The notes under the pieces are model-generated. The model did not search any database. It was not told where the DNA came from and saw only the letters and a list, made by a program, of their open reading frames with translations. From the NCBI RefSeq assembly GCF_001194135.2, contig NC_068981.1, positions 161,797,681 through 161,847,443 on the forward strand: a stretch of 49,763 nucleotides of DNA, written 5' to 3'. Shown here one piece after another: positions 11,331-23,211 of this stretch (the stretch's first letter is position 1; each line of letters opens with the position of its first letter). Origin of the DNA: Octopus bimaculoides. Taxonomy: Eukaryota. The position numbers and the translations under genes are program-made.

Positions 11331-11646
11331 TCTTCTTTTATTCTTTTATTTGTTTCAGTCATTTGACTGCGGCCATGCTGGAGCACCACCTTTAGTCGAA
11401 CAAATCGACCCAGGTTCAGTCCAACTGCAAGGCACCTTGGGAAAAAGTCTTCTACTATAGCCTTGGGCTGATCAAAGCCTTGTGAGTGGATTTGGTAGAC
11501 GGAAACTGAAAGAAGCTCATCATACATGTGTGTATGTGTGTCCTCACGACCGCTTGACAACTAGTGTTGGTGTGTTTATATCCTCATAACTTAGCGGTTC
11601 AGCAACAGAGACTGATAGAATAAGTACTAGGCTTAAAAAAATAAGT
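11331..11646 (-). mobile_element. SINE family A with internal 5' inversion
   Basis: Tail (11331-11413) in minus orientation abuts body (11411-11646) in plus orientation. Confidence 0.8.
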
Positions 11647-11692
11647 TGAGAGAGACTATTTGTGTGATATATCACACAAATAGTCTCTCTCA
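11647..11692. repeat. Perfect 46-bp palindrome
   Basis: tgagagagactatttgtgtgata|tatcacacaaatagtctctctca equals its own reverse complement. Confidence 0.95.
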
Positions 11693-12901
11693 CACACGCG
11701 CATGCGCATACGAGTGAGTGTACAAACAAAAGGAAGTAACACTCAGTGTGTTCAGTAAGAGTTACTTATATTCTATAGTAATAGTTTGACTCAGCTCCAT
11801 CTGACTTAACATTTCGTGGGCTTATCGGATGAATCCATCTCATCGGTTCATGAAATCTTTGTGGTAGCTTGGTGCTTTTATTCAGTTTCCCTAGCATTAA
11901 AAAGACCTGGACATCTTTCTTTTTGATAGGACGTTGTTGTCAAAATACATAATTTTATACAGAAAGTATTCATAATTTATGCCTGCCATAAATATATATA
12001 TTTATATATATATATATANNNNNNNNNNTGAAAAGACACTATGAAAACGACGATAGAAGGAATTCTGTGTGTCTGTGTTCGAACTAAAAGAGATGTTGGT
12101 AGAATTTAGTAAATAGAAACAAAAATTAAAAAAAATCCGAACAATTTTATTCAGAGAATATTGGAGAATTCTGTCTGTGTAATGTTGTTAGTGTTATTAG
12201 CAAAATGCTATGATTGTCTGTTTAATAGACTGTGCTCGTCTGTTTTTAATAGAACTGTGATCGTCTGCCTTTACACCATTATTCAAGCAGACGACACTCA
12301 AGTATATACTTCGTTGTTAGATGTCTAGCACTGCATCAGTCAATGGTTCATGCTACCAATAACATCATTTAGATGTATACTAAATACACACACACACACA
12401 CACAATTTTATTTCTATCACGTATTACTGTACTTCACTCAAGAATTTTTAGGCAATGTGTGAATGCAGTTGGGGCATGGTTTATGAACTTAACTTTAGCT
12501 TGAAATTCTTCTTTCTTCCCTCTGTCATTGTTGCTTGCCACTGATATATACACACAGTTATTCCATTTTGGATTTACTTCCTTAAAGAAAATTAGTCTAC
12601 TGAGAAACATTTTCATCTGTTGTACGGCTTTCATAACTGCCAGCAATTTTGAGGAGACGGTTAATCGATTAAATCAATCCCTATACTTGACCAGTACTTT
12701 ATTTCATCGACTCCGGAGGGATGGAAAGTAGAATTTGACAATGCTTGACAAAACAGTAATTCCTCGTATAAACTATTGTATCCAAATATATGACAAAATA
12801 TCAATAACTGATCCATATTTCTAATGTCGGTCATCGCATTCAATTGAATGATAAATTTAATACTTTTTGCAGTTATTTCAACAAACTGCTGAAATCAGTT
12901 A

Positions 12902-13599
12902 CAAGTCCTTGTTGACTTACGACCTATCCGACTTATGACCTATCCGACTTACGACCTATCCGACTTATGACCTATCCGACTTACGACCTATTCGACTTAC
13001 GACCTATCCGACTTACGACCTATCCGACTTATGACCTATCTGACTTACGACCTATCCGACTTATGACCTATCCGACTTACGACCTATCCGACTTATGACC
13101 TATCCGACTTACGACCTATCCGACTTACGACCTATCCGACTTATGACCTATCCGACTTACGACCTATCCGACTTATGACCTATCCGACTTACGACCAATC
13201 GACTTTACAACGATTGGTGCGCCAGCTCCCAGCAGCAATAATGAAGAGTCCAGTTGAAATTTAATGGGTTTAATTTCTTAGCAATTAACCCGTCTACGGA
13301 TGATATCAGCTAACAAATGCTTCCCCTAGGTTTGGTTATCAATCGTCACTGTTTTGGATGACTATCCTGTCACGGAGATATCAAGGCAACCATGTATTGT
13401 TTTGTAAGACGTCTGCTTCAGACTCCGAAATTTTTTAATAATGCCTGTATAATAGTATAATACAGAATGATGTGTGTGACCATTACATATGAATGTACCT
13501 TAAGAATGTAAAAATATGAAACAAAGCTATGTAGGCCTATAGGCCAACTTACGGCCAGTCAGTCGGAACCAATTGTGGTTGTAAGTCGATGACGACCTG
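12902..13599. mobile_element. Tigger/pogo-like MITE with TA TSD
   Basis: TA|caagtccttgttgacttac ... gtaagtcgatgacgacctg|TA, imperfect TIRs. Confidence 0.75.
12914..13200. repeat. 16-bp minisatellite, 18 units (gacttaYgacctatcc)
   Basis: Counted 17 full units and 1 diverged unit; no spacers. Confidence 0.95.
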
Positions 13600-14016
13600 T
13601 ATTACTAATTTCTGTGAGTCGTTTGCAAATACCATATCTGCTAATAGTGGAATGTCTCTTATTTTCCTTGCATGGATCTTTCCATGAAAAATTCATGATT
13701 TTACTTGCTGTTGGCAATGCAAATTCATTACCAGTTTTGTGGTTGGTTTCTTAGTTTTTGTAATTAAGTATACAGTTTTGTATGATAACTCTATATTTTA
13801 CTCCAGCCAGTGTATATTTTTCAAAATATTGTTTCGTCCTTTCAAAAAATTTAACAATCTTAGTTAAAGTGGTAATGATTTGCTTTGCCTAAGAAGCATG
13901 TCTACTATTGAGATGTTTTAATTTAGAAAGATTTCATATTTTCAGTTGCCTAATATTTGTTACAATTAAACTGACTGGACGGTGTTCTTCATGCCTAGGA
14001 GCTAAAGTAAACTGAT

Positions 14017-14020
<4 letters not shown>

Positions 14021-14072
<52 letters not shown>
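14021..14072. repeat. (GA)n microsatellite
   Basis: Pure dinucleotide run. Confidence 0.95.
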
Positions 14073-14075
<3 letters not shown>

Positions 14076-14937
14076 CATCGTAATTTTTATTTCGTGCAGC
14101 ATTATTCAGTCACTTTCAGATTCAGGTCACTGCTTCCAGCTTCTGAAAGAACTATCACTTCAGCCTTTTAAATGTCATGTTCTTCTTTGACAAATTTAAC
14201 TCCAATGAAAGTTAGTCAAGACGGCATTATTACTTGTGTAATAAATTCAAAATTGAAATATTCAAAGCCTTGTTTTTTTTTAAATACATTTATTAAAATA
14301 ATTTGATGCGATATAAAGTTATGCTGGAAAATGGAAAAAATTGCTTAATTTGTTGATTTTACAAATAAATTATACAATTACACATGCATTACAATTAAAT
14401 TAACTCAATGATACAGACTGATATAACAGTTCAATCTACTTTCAGATTGAGAATTCAAAATCATGGCTGTAAACACACATCATGTTAACAACACCATTTG
14501 CAAATAAACATTTTCCTCTTTTAGTAAAACATACAGCTTGATCATAAGTCAAGGTGCAAAGTATTGCAAAGCACAATACCAAAAACACAACTAATCATTA
14601 GACAAAGTTACTAAACGTACAGAAATTAGTATTGCTTACAAAATATACAAATATCTTGTTTGTATGTGCTCTGTTACTCTATCGACATGGGTCACATTTC
14701 TAGTAGAAATGTGAATATAAAATTATGTATACACAGCTCGTTTTCCTCAGAAGGTGATAAAATGAGAAGTATGAAAGTAATAATGCTTTTTATATACTTT
14801 AGCATTACCACAATTCTTAAAACTACCAGAATCTACAGACCCCAGCTGAAAATTCAAGAAAACTCAAATGCCATCTGTTAGAGATACACATTGAATCCGT
14901 AACCAAGAATCGAAGCCTTGGTCTTTCATGTTTCAGT

Positions 14938-14979
14938 CTATTGTTCTTGGAATCTGCGTTTACCATTTATTATTTCAAC
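14938..14979 (-). CDS. Candidate terminal coding exon (VEIINGKRRFQEQ*)
   Basis: ttgacag|GTT acceptor in phase 0, matching the donor at 20238; TAG 14940-38; downstream AATAAA at 14294-89; also an internal aatg|gtaaac donor. Confidence 0.3.
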   Translation of the reverse strand, partial: VEIINGKRRFQEQ

Positions 14980-15536
14980 CTGTCAAATTGGCCAACATCT
15001 TAGGTGAGACAGAGTTCAGTTTAGATATCTCAATCAATTCTATTGTTATTGATTTAATTCAACTTTAGGATAGCTATAAATTCGAGTTACCTATAGAAAC
15101 TCATTCTCTTTTCTCAGGAACTTTTAGAGAGTTAACTTCTCTCTTTCTCTTTTCCTTTGCCACATGGTAGAGAATTAACTTGTCATTAGTGACAACCTCA
15201 GTGCAAGCAGGCTGCTACAACAACAAAAGATTCTCTATCAAAACAAACATTTTTATTTACTTTCAAGCCGTTGTAGTTGTGAAAAACTTTGTTATGATTG
15301 AACAAAATCTATAGTAATCATAAACTATTTCTTTCAATACACCTGGAAATGATAAACTATGCAACACACAACCTTTCCTCAAATGCTACCTTTCCCAGCC
15401 TTTTCTCTAACGTGAAACCTCTCCTCTGTGCTTACAACCTACCAATCACAATTATGCCATTATATTCGATGACCTCTACATTTAACTACTACAGTTGGTA
15501 ACTCTGACACTTCCAGCATGCTACACATCTCTCAGG

Positions 15537-15864
15537 GGTAGAACATGAAAGACCATGGGATTGCACTTAGAAAGTTATCCTCCGAAGCACAAGTCCAAGC
15601 AAGGTTGTTTATGGAAGACCGGCAGTTGCCCATGCATACCAACCTCCCCTCTCCATATCACCGATGTTATCCAAGGGAAAGGCAAAGGCCGATACAGCTT
15701 GGCACCAGTGACATCGCGAATCATTTCTACAGTTGAGTGAACTTGAGCAACATAAAATAAAGTGTCTTGCTCAAGAAAGCAACATACAGCCCGGTCTGAG
15801 AATCGAACTCACTACTTTATATTTGTCAGCTCGATGCTCTAGCCACTGAACCATGCGCCTTCAC
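15537..15864 (-). mobile_element. SINE family B, full length
   Basis: Head gaaggcgcatggttcagtggctagagc on minus; body shared with 18011-18312. Confidence 0.85.
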
Positions 15865-16499
15865 ATAGGGTAATTAAAAGCAGTAACGTTCACATACTGT
15901 TGACTCAAATGTTGCTGAAGGTGAGGTGTGTGCATGTTTATTTATATATACATTTCGATACATATGTATATTTACACACGCACACCTATGCCTAGGGAAA
16001 GGTTACGTACAATATGTATGTTTTAATGTACTTTGAGATTACGTATCATTGCATTTAATCTCTATCACTCTCCCATTTCTATTTATAAATGAGGGTGTGT
16101 GTATAATTTTTACAATGAAAAGATTGAAAGTTACATTTAAGTTTGTCTAACCTTATATATACTTCTTAGTTCAGCTTGTGGGTAAAGCAACGTGGTTGCA
16201 AAGTTGGTGCGCATACATACTCATAAAGAAAACCATAGTCAATATTGTTAGTTTTAAATAAACATACATAGATACATAGTATACACACACTTTTTATTCA
16301 ACAAGTTCATCATATTGCTCAGAACACATTCAGGTGATTTTTGGGGGGTTTTGTTGTTGGAAATGGAGATCTTTACCATTTGATTCATTGTGCTGAATTC
16401 CTGAAATTTTCTGCATAGATGTAGTTTTGCATGCTAATTACGAAAATCATGTTCCTTTGTTTTTCTTTTTTTTTTTTTGTTTTAGCAATACTTTCCAGT

Positions 16500-16700
16500 T
16501 TTTGCTCAAGGCCAACGAGTTTGAGGAGAGAGAAAAATTGATTTTATATAAATCAATACTCAACTAGTACTCATTTTTTCTACCTCGAAAGGATGAAAAG
16601 CAAAGTCGAACTAAGCCACATTAGAACTCGGAACATAAAGAGCTGGAAGAAATGCCGTTGAGAATTTTGTCTGGTGCAGAAATGATTCTGGCAGTCCACT
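16500..16700 (-). mobile_element. SINE family C (Nin/Deu-like core), degenerate
   Basis: gaaaggatgaaaagcaaagtcg core as in 25809 and 42392. Confidence 0.7.
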
Positions 16701-16703
16701 TAT

Positions 16704-16881
16704 GGCAGCCATTTTGGGGAGGGGATGAGTCGCGTCCAACTGGTACTTATTTTACCAACCCTGAGAGGATGAAAGGCGAAGATCAACTTTGCCTTTCATC
16801 TTTTCGGGGTCGATAAATTAAGTACCAGTGAAGCACTGGGGTCAATGTAATTGACTCATCGCTTCCCCCCAAATGGCTGCC
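16704..16881. repeat. Fold-back of two SINE C core halves
   Basis: ggcagccatttt..actggtactta..ggatgaaaggc / gcctttcatc..taagtaccagt..aaatggctgcc. Confidence 0.85.
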
Positions 16882-17195
16882 CTAGCCATTCTAGTATCAG
16901 TCATTTTGATTATTATTTTCTTCATTGAAGGTTTAATTTTAAAATTAATACCTTCACCTGCTTTACTATTGTCTTCTAGCAATGCCCGTGGAAATTCAGC
17001 AGCAGTTTGAAAACTATAAAACTGCTAAAAGTTTATAGAGAACCATGAAATACATCTGTATTTGTTTTGCAAGATTCCACATGTGAAATCATGTGTTGAA
17101 ACGGATATTGTTATATTTGGGACGGATATTGTTATATTTGGGACGGTCATTTGTTTTTTTGTTTTGTTTTGCCAAATAATCATATGCACTATATA

Positions 17196-17726
17196 CAGTA
17201 ATGCCTCGAGAAACGAGTTAATTTTGCTCATAAAGCGAAAACTCGTAAAACAGAGCAATAATTTTCCATAGTAGCAATATCATAAATCATAATTCGCTGC
17301 CAGAAAAATATTTTACCTGTAAAATTTATAATACTCATAAATAAATGGCAATAAAACTACGGTAGAATGTAAAAAATGTTTTATGTAAATCAAAAAGAAT
17401 GCCAAGATCATTTATAATAAAAAAAAAATTATCATTATAATTGTTTTCTGAATCACTTTCACTTGTACTAGACACGCGCACACCATCGCTTGTAGCTGCG
17501 ATCACTGATTCACAAGCACTCGTAGAGGGACTCATAGATTTCTTTTTAAAAAACAAGTGTAGAGTTGTTTGTTTAGAAGCTTTTTTCTTTCTCTATAAAT
17601 TTCTTGGTAACACGCAGAAGCATTTGTTATGGCAGTTGAGACTTTTGCACTTTGTTCAAAATTTGGATCTTGTGCTTGAAAAATAAAATTTGTAAACCCG
17701 GGGTCTCGTAAAGCGAGGTATTACTG
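17196..17726. mobile_element. Tigger/pogo-like MITE with TA TSD
   Basis: TA|cagtaatgcctcgagaaacgag ... ctcgtaaagcgaggtattactg|TA. Confidence 0.85.
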
Positions 17727-18010
17727 TACCCGGAACGGACTAAACAGAACAGGAGGAGCTACACAGGATGGAGAGTGGTTGAAGAAGTCATAGCATGTGT
17801 GATGAAAGATTTCAGATAAAGGACACTAAAATAACAATAATAGTAAAGCTGATGCAAAGAACGAGTGTATGGTGTGTGTGGTTATTCAGCAAAAAACAAA
17901 AAACAAAAATTACCATCTCCAAATATAACAATACATGAAATGCATAGTCTCTTTTGAATTGTATAATTTCTGAAGCTCTTCTTTCTTGAGATGCTGTTAC
18001 GCCTACATAT

Positions 18011-18312
18011 GAAGGCGAATAGCTCAGTGGTTAGAGCGTCGGGTTTACAATCATGTGGTAGTGAGTTTGATTCCTGGACTGGGTTGTATGCTATGTTCTT
18101 GAGCAAGACACTTTATTTTATGGTACTCCAGTTCATACAGCTGTAGAAATGAGTTGTGACGTCAGACATTGGTGGTGTGGAGAGGGGAAGCTGGTATGCA
18201 TGGGCGACCGCTGGTCTTCCATAAATAACCTTGCCCGGACTTGTGCCTCGGAGGGTAATTTTCTAGGTACAATCCCATGGTCATTCATGATTGAAGGTCG
18301 GGGGGGCCTTAC
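18011..18312 (+). mobile_element. SINE family B, full length
   Basis: gaaggcgaatagctcagtggttagagc head; reverse complement of the 15537-15864 body. Confidence 0.85.
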
Positions 18313-18477
18313 CTTTTATTACATCCACATAAGTAGTACTGGAGATCCAGACTTAGGAGAGAACTTCTCTGGAAGCTATAATGTTTTTTTTTTATATATA
18401 CTCGTCAGCCCTTCTGTTTTTATCTTTACGTCAGTAAGTGAACGTGCTTCACAAACAGCTACATATGGTTTATCCTC

Positions 18478-18828
18478 TTTTTACCTGTTTCAGGCATTAA
18501 GCTGCAGCCATGCTGGGGCACCGATTGAAAAATTTTAAGTAGAACAAATCAACACCAGTACTTAATTTTTTAAAGCCTGATACTATATTGCTCTCTTATG
18601 CTGAACCGTTAAGTTACGGGGATGTAAATACACCAACACCGGTTATCAAGTGGTGGTGCTGGGATACACGACGAGCTTCTTTCAGTTTCCATCAACCAAA
18701 TCTGCTCACAAGGCTTTGGTCGCCTCGAGGCTATAGTAGAAAACACGTGTCCAAAGTGCCACGCAGTTGGATTGAACCCGGAACCATGTGATTCGAAGCA
18801 AACTTCTTATCAAACAGCATGCCTGCGT
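18478..18828 (-). mobile_element. SINE family A
   Basis: Tail and head similar to 2782-3223; linker almost absent. Confidence 0.8.
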
Positions 18829-19084
18829 TGTGATCAGTAAAAAAAAAAAAATAAATACAAATCTTAATACACTTTCAAGAATAAACGAGTTCTTTTAATC
18901 CTGTAAAATTGTCACATTCAAACATATCTTGACAAATGAAAATATAGCCATTGTTTTGCACAGTTAACTCACGATACGATTTTCCCCAAACTCAGTGAGG
19001 TCTAAAGCAGTTAGTGGCAAACTGCAACCTGCGGGACTTTCTAAATGGCACCCCTAACAAAAAATTACCTCGGAATTTTTTTAG

Positions 19085-19342
19085 CAGTGCGCCCACCGAA
19101 TCCAGGTAAAAAAAAGTCACAGGTAAAAAAGTTACAGGAAAAAAAATGGTAATGTTAGCACTGTTTCTGCGTCTTTCTTTAATAGAAAGGTTAACTGTCG
19201 AATTCTCACCTTTAAAGATTAATCTGTCAATCAGTTTCTAAAGGAATATGCAGAGCTGATGGTAAATTAATGACTTTCTTTCCTCGCCAAAATTGCGACT
19301 TTGTCTATGTGACTTTATTACCGGCCACTGCGCTAACCAGAT
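19085..19342. mobile_element. Small element with inverted GGTAAWAAAGTCAC ends (MITE-like, class unknown)
   Basis: ggtaaaaaaaagtcac (repeated as ggtaaaaaagttac) vs gtgactttattacc; outer cagtg/cactg. Confidence 0.4.
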
Positions 19343-20237
19343 GAACCGTGTCTCATGTTGCCCGCTTTTCGAAAAACGTAGCTCATTCTTCGTCTAACGA
19401 AGTCAAACCGAAAGAATACGTTAGGCAACGACGTAATTCTAAATAAAATGAGATGACGGCAAGAGTTAGAATGTTAAATTACGGATACAGCTTATTTTGT
19501 ATTATAGCTTAAATGGCTAGACACGGGAATCATTAATGTAATTATCAAGATGGAATTTACGTGACACTATGTATAATAAGGTTTAGTAAAGTCCATCTTG
19601 CGTTAAAATATTAGGAGCTAAATATTCCACGGGTATTCGTATAATTAGAGTAATTCTCAAACAGCTATCTGCGTCACCCAAAGTATACAAGGTCATGGTT
19701 TTTGTATTAATACAGATCCCTTTGTTCATTTTATATTCTATTTTTATTTTTAAATTCCAATTATCTTCCCAATTTCACTCAAATGACTTGGGTCTACCCT
19801 ATGTTACGGTAGAATACATTTGCCCAGTTATTGGTTTATGACAGCGAATCGACTTCCAGATCATTCAACCATGCTTACGTTCGAAATTTCCTGGTTTTCT
19901 TTATTGTTTTTCTTTTATTTTGCTGTTTTCTTATTTTAATAAATTGTATTATTTTTTTTTTCTTTCAGTTGTTGTTTTCCCGAGTTTTTATTGAAACATT
20001 TCCAGAGTAAAAAAAATTATAAAAGAAGCACGTGTGTGTTTGTTCGTTTTTGTATATGTGTGTATTATAATACACACACACACATACAAAAACACAACTA
20101 CGAAGTCTAACCAAACACGACACGCAATAACACAAAACCAAATATATTCGCATCCATACAAACACACACAGCACGAGCTAATAAGGATCTTTGCTGAACG
20201 TTATCGATTGCATTTCAAGAAATAACAGCCAAATTAC

Positions 20238-20306
20238 CTTCAACGTGCACCTAACTGTCTTATAATAGGAAGTACCCTTTAGAAAATATGGTCCTAGACA
20301 GAACAT
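20238..20306 (-). CDS. Candidate exon E4 (MFCLGPYFLKGTSYYKTVRCTLK), phase 0-0
   Basis: ctttgtttttacag acceptor, AAG|gtaatt donor, 69 nt, only one open frame. Confidence 0.45.
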
Positions 20307-22189
20307 CTGTAAAAACAAAGACATGTCAACCAGAGCTAGCCTGGGCATAAAAAAATCGCATATACATAAAGTCGCGCACACATACAACGTAGATAAGAAT
20401 TATCATACATATTTATATTATCATGCATACATATATTACATACACAGGCATGCATTATCAACCATAAAGACAAACATTCATTCACTTAATTTTCGTTTAA
20501 TGGACAGAGTTTTGGAATAGTTCTTCCTGGAAGTCTTATACCTGATAGAAAAGAAAAAGGGTTCGGTAGTAAGGATGCAAAAGTTTTTATTAAAAAAATG
20601 GAAATTTTTTCGAACAAATTTCTTCTGCATTTAATTTCCACTGTATAAAACAATACTTAAAAAATTACCCTTTTCCTTTTACATAAGGTATGGAACTTCG
20701 AGGGGGAAAACTACGCCATTAAATGTAGGTATTCATTCAATTTTAGTCTCGCTACGAAAACAGATGTTTATTACAAAAAGAAGAAAAACGAGAGAAAGAA
20801 AAAAATTGGGGATCGTATATTTTGGAAAGATATACAAACATTTGTTTACATTTTGCAGTGAGGCTAAAATTGCAGGGATACCAGAATAAAATTCGAATTA
20901 TCAATTAAACGGTGTGTATCGCATAATTAATTAATTAAATACCCCTCTTCGTTGTCAATGAATGCACTATTGTGCAAATTAGACCGGTCATATCAGCTGA
21001 ATTCTAGTTTGTGTTTGATTTAGATATATAGCAATACCCTATTAATCTCTCCGTGGGTAGAAAATGCAGATATTTGTTGTTATATACGATGAAATAAATA
21101 GACAGGGCGATCCCAAATTCTTCTCTCTGCCCACGAAGTGATAAAAAACATTTGCTTATGCCCAAATTGTTGGCATTAAGTATTTACCGACGTTAGATTT
21201 CAGATTATGCAATAAAATGCTATGTATTGCATTATTAATTAATGAATTAGACATACATAGTCATTTCCACATGTTACATTCGGCAACGTACACCCACACG
21301 AAAGCGCAGACACACACATAACCACCCTCGAAGCCGACTACACAAATACACAACAGATACAATGGCACACATATGCACGCATACGTGACCAAGAAAATAA
21401 TTACAAATAACACAATTATCCAAAGAGGCAATCACAGGCACGCACACATACCTCTCTCATAAATATATATATACACACACGTTCACGCTGTGTAGATATA
21501 CACATCCAGGATGTGCGGATACAAACATACACATACATCCATAGACTGCAAACACACGTATATAGCCACACATTTCCGCTGTGTAAATGCATACATACAT
21601 ACACACATCCAAAACGTGCTGAGGCAATCACATATCCACACTCTGCACACACATATACATCCATTATATGCTCACACACAATCACAAATTATATATATCG
21701 ACACATACATAACACTATTTGAGCCACGCTATTACACTCTATCAATCTTTATATCTCTTAAAGTACACACACACGCACGAACACACTCATGCCATCTAAA
21801 CAATGGAAACAGACACTACAGCGTGTGTGTGTGTGTGTATCAATAAAGCGAATAGCAAATTGTACCACGTATATATATGAATTAGTGTGTATAGAACTAA
21901 CTGTATTGCGTATATAGAGTAAATTACATTATGTGTATAGGTGACTGAGTGCGTGTGTAGAGCGAATTATACTGTGTAGTGTGTTTACAGCGAATTATAT
22001 TGTATATGTATGTGCGTGTGTATCGAACTGTTGTAATGACTGTCTAGAATTGTACTGTACGTGAATGGAGCTATTATATCGTGTATATATCGTTATTGTA
22101 CTGCGTGTTTCTGTGTACAGTGCTTTATTGTTTGTTACTCGATGTGAATCTGTGCATTTGTTTTGGTATGTGTGTAAGGTTGTAATGCT

Positions 22190-22420
22190 ATCTATCTATC
22201 TGTCGATCATTTATCTATCTATCTATCTATCTCTTTGTCTATCTGTCGATCTACCAATCTATCTATCTATCGGTTTACATATCTATCTATGTATCTATCT
22301 GTCTGTAGGTCTATCTATCTATCTGTCTGTCTATCTATCTATTTGTCTGTCTGTAGGTCTATCTATCTGTCTGTCTGTTTCTAGGTCTATCTATCTGTCT
22401 GTCTGTCTGTCTATCTAGCT
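22190..22420. repeat. (TCTA/TCTG)n compound microsatellite
   Basis: Tandem tetranucleotides. Confidence 0.9.
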
Positions 22421-22969
22421 AACGTATCATCTTCATATCTTCTTATCACTACCTTTATATCTATCTATCTATCTATTTGTATTTAACTTGTGCGTATATG
22501 ATTTATGTATGCGTGTGTGTGCTAATATTTTCGTATGTTGTGTCAATAAGTTCATTTATACGTAAGGCACCCATCATTTGTACGAATATATATATATGTG
22601 TATGCGTAAATGTGCGTACTGATATGTTCGCAACGGGCAAGTAACCCATTAAAACAAATATTTACAAACACAAGAAACAAATAAAGGACAAATAAAGCAA
22701 TTGCAAACGAATTAAGAAACTAAACAACATACACGTATAGATAGATATACACAAATATCTATCAGTGTACTTATATGTATATGCGTGTATTCATAAGCAT
22801 ATTCGCACGCACGCACGTACGTTTATATATACATATACACGAACTAACAAAGTGGGTTTCCGTCGGTTTCAACAATAGGAAGTCTGTTATTTAATGTACT
22901 GAACTGGGTATAAACGAACGAACAAGCGACTTAATATTCCTCGACAGTAATACTTTTTTTTTCCCCTAG

Positions 22970-23100
22970 GGGTAGGATTGGCTGTGTGGTTAAGAAGCTA
23001 GTTTTATCACGAAGTGGTTTCGGGTTCAGTACCCTGGTGAATGTTTTCTGCTATATTCCTGACCAATGCCTTGTGAGGGAAACCGCAAGGAAGCTAGTCA
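22970..23100 (+). mobile_element. SINE family A head, degenerate
   Basis: ggctgtgtggttaagaagc...gggttcagt...gccttgtgag. Confidence 0.6.
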
Positions 23101-23146
23101 CACACACATACATATATATGTATGATATTCGGTTAAAATGTCTTAC

Positions 23147-23211
23147 GGTTAAGCTGGTTCCCATGCGTTTCCCTGAAGAGAAGATTACGTTCTTATCAAC
23201 ATCATCTATTC
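23147..23211 (-). CDS. Candidate exon E3 (GIDDVDKNVIFSSGKRMGTSLT), phase 1-0
   Basis: ataccttccatag acceptor, acc|gtaaga donor, 65 nt, only one open frame. Confidence 0.4.

Noticed and set aside
12914-13200. CRISPR array
   Set aside because: Head-to-tail 16-bp units with no spacers, inside a eukaryotic MITE.
15261-15342. 82-nt minus-strand exon-like unit with good splice sites
   Set aside because: Stops in all three frames; at most a non-coding or poison exon.
19385-19430. Hammerhead-like ctaacga...gaaa motif
   Set aside because: Core G is missing and stem II does not pair.
20486-20541. 56-nt minus-strand exon-like unit with strong acceptor
   Set aside because: Phases are incompatible with neighbouring candidate exons E3 and E4; weak donor.
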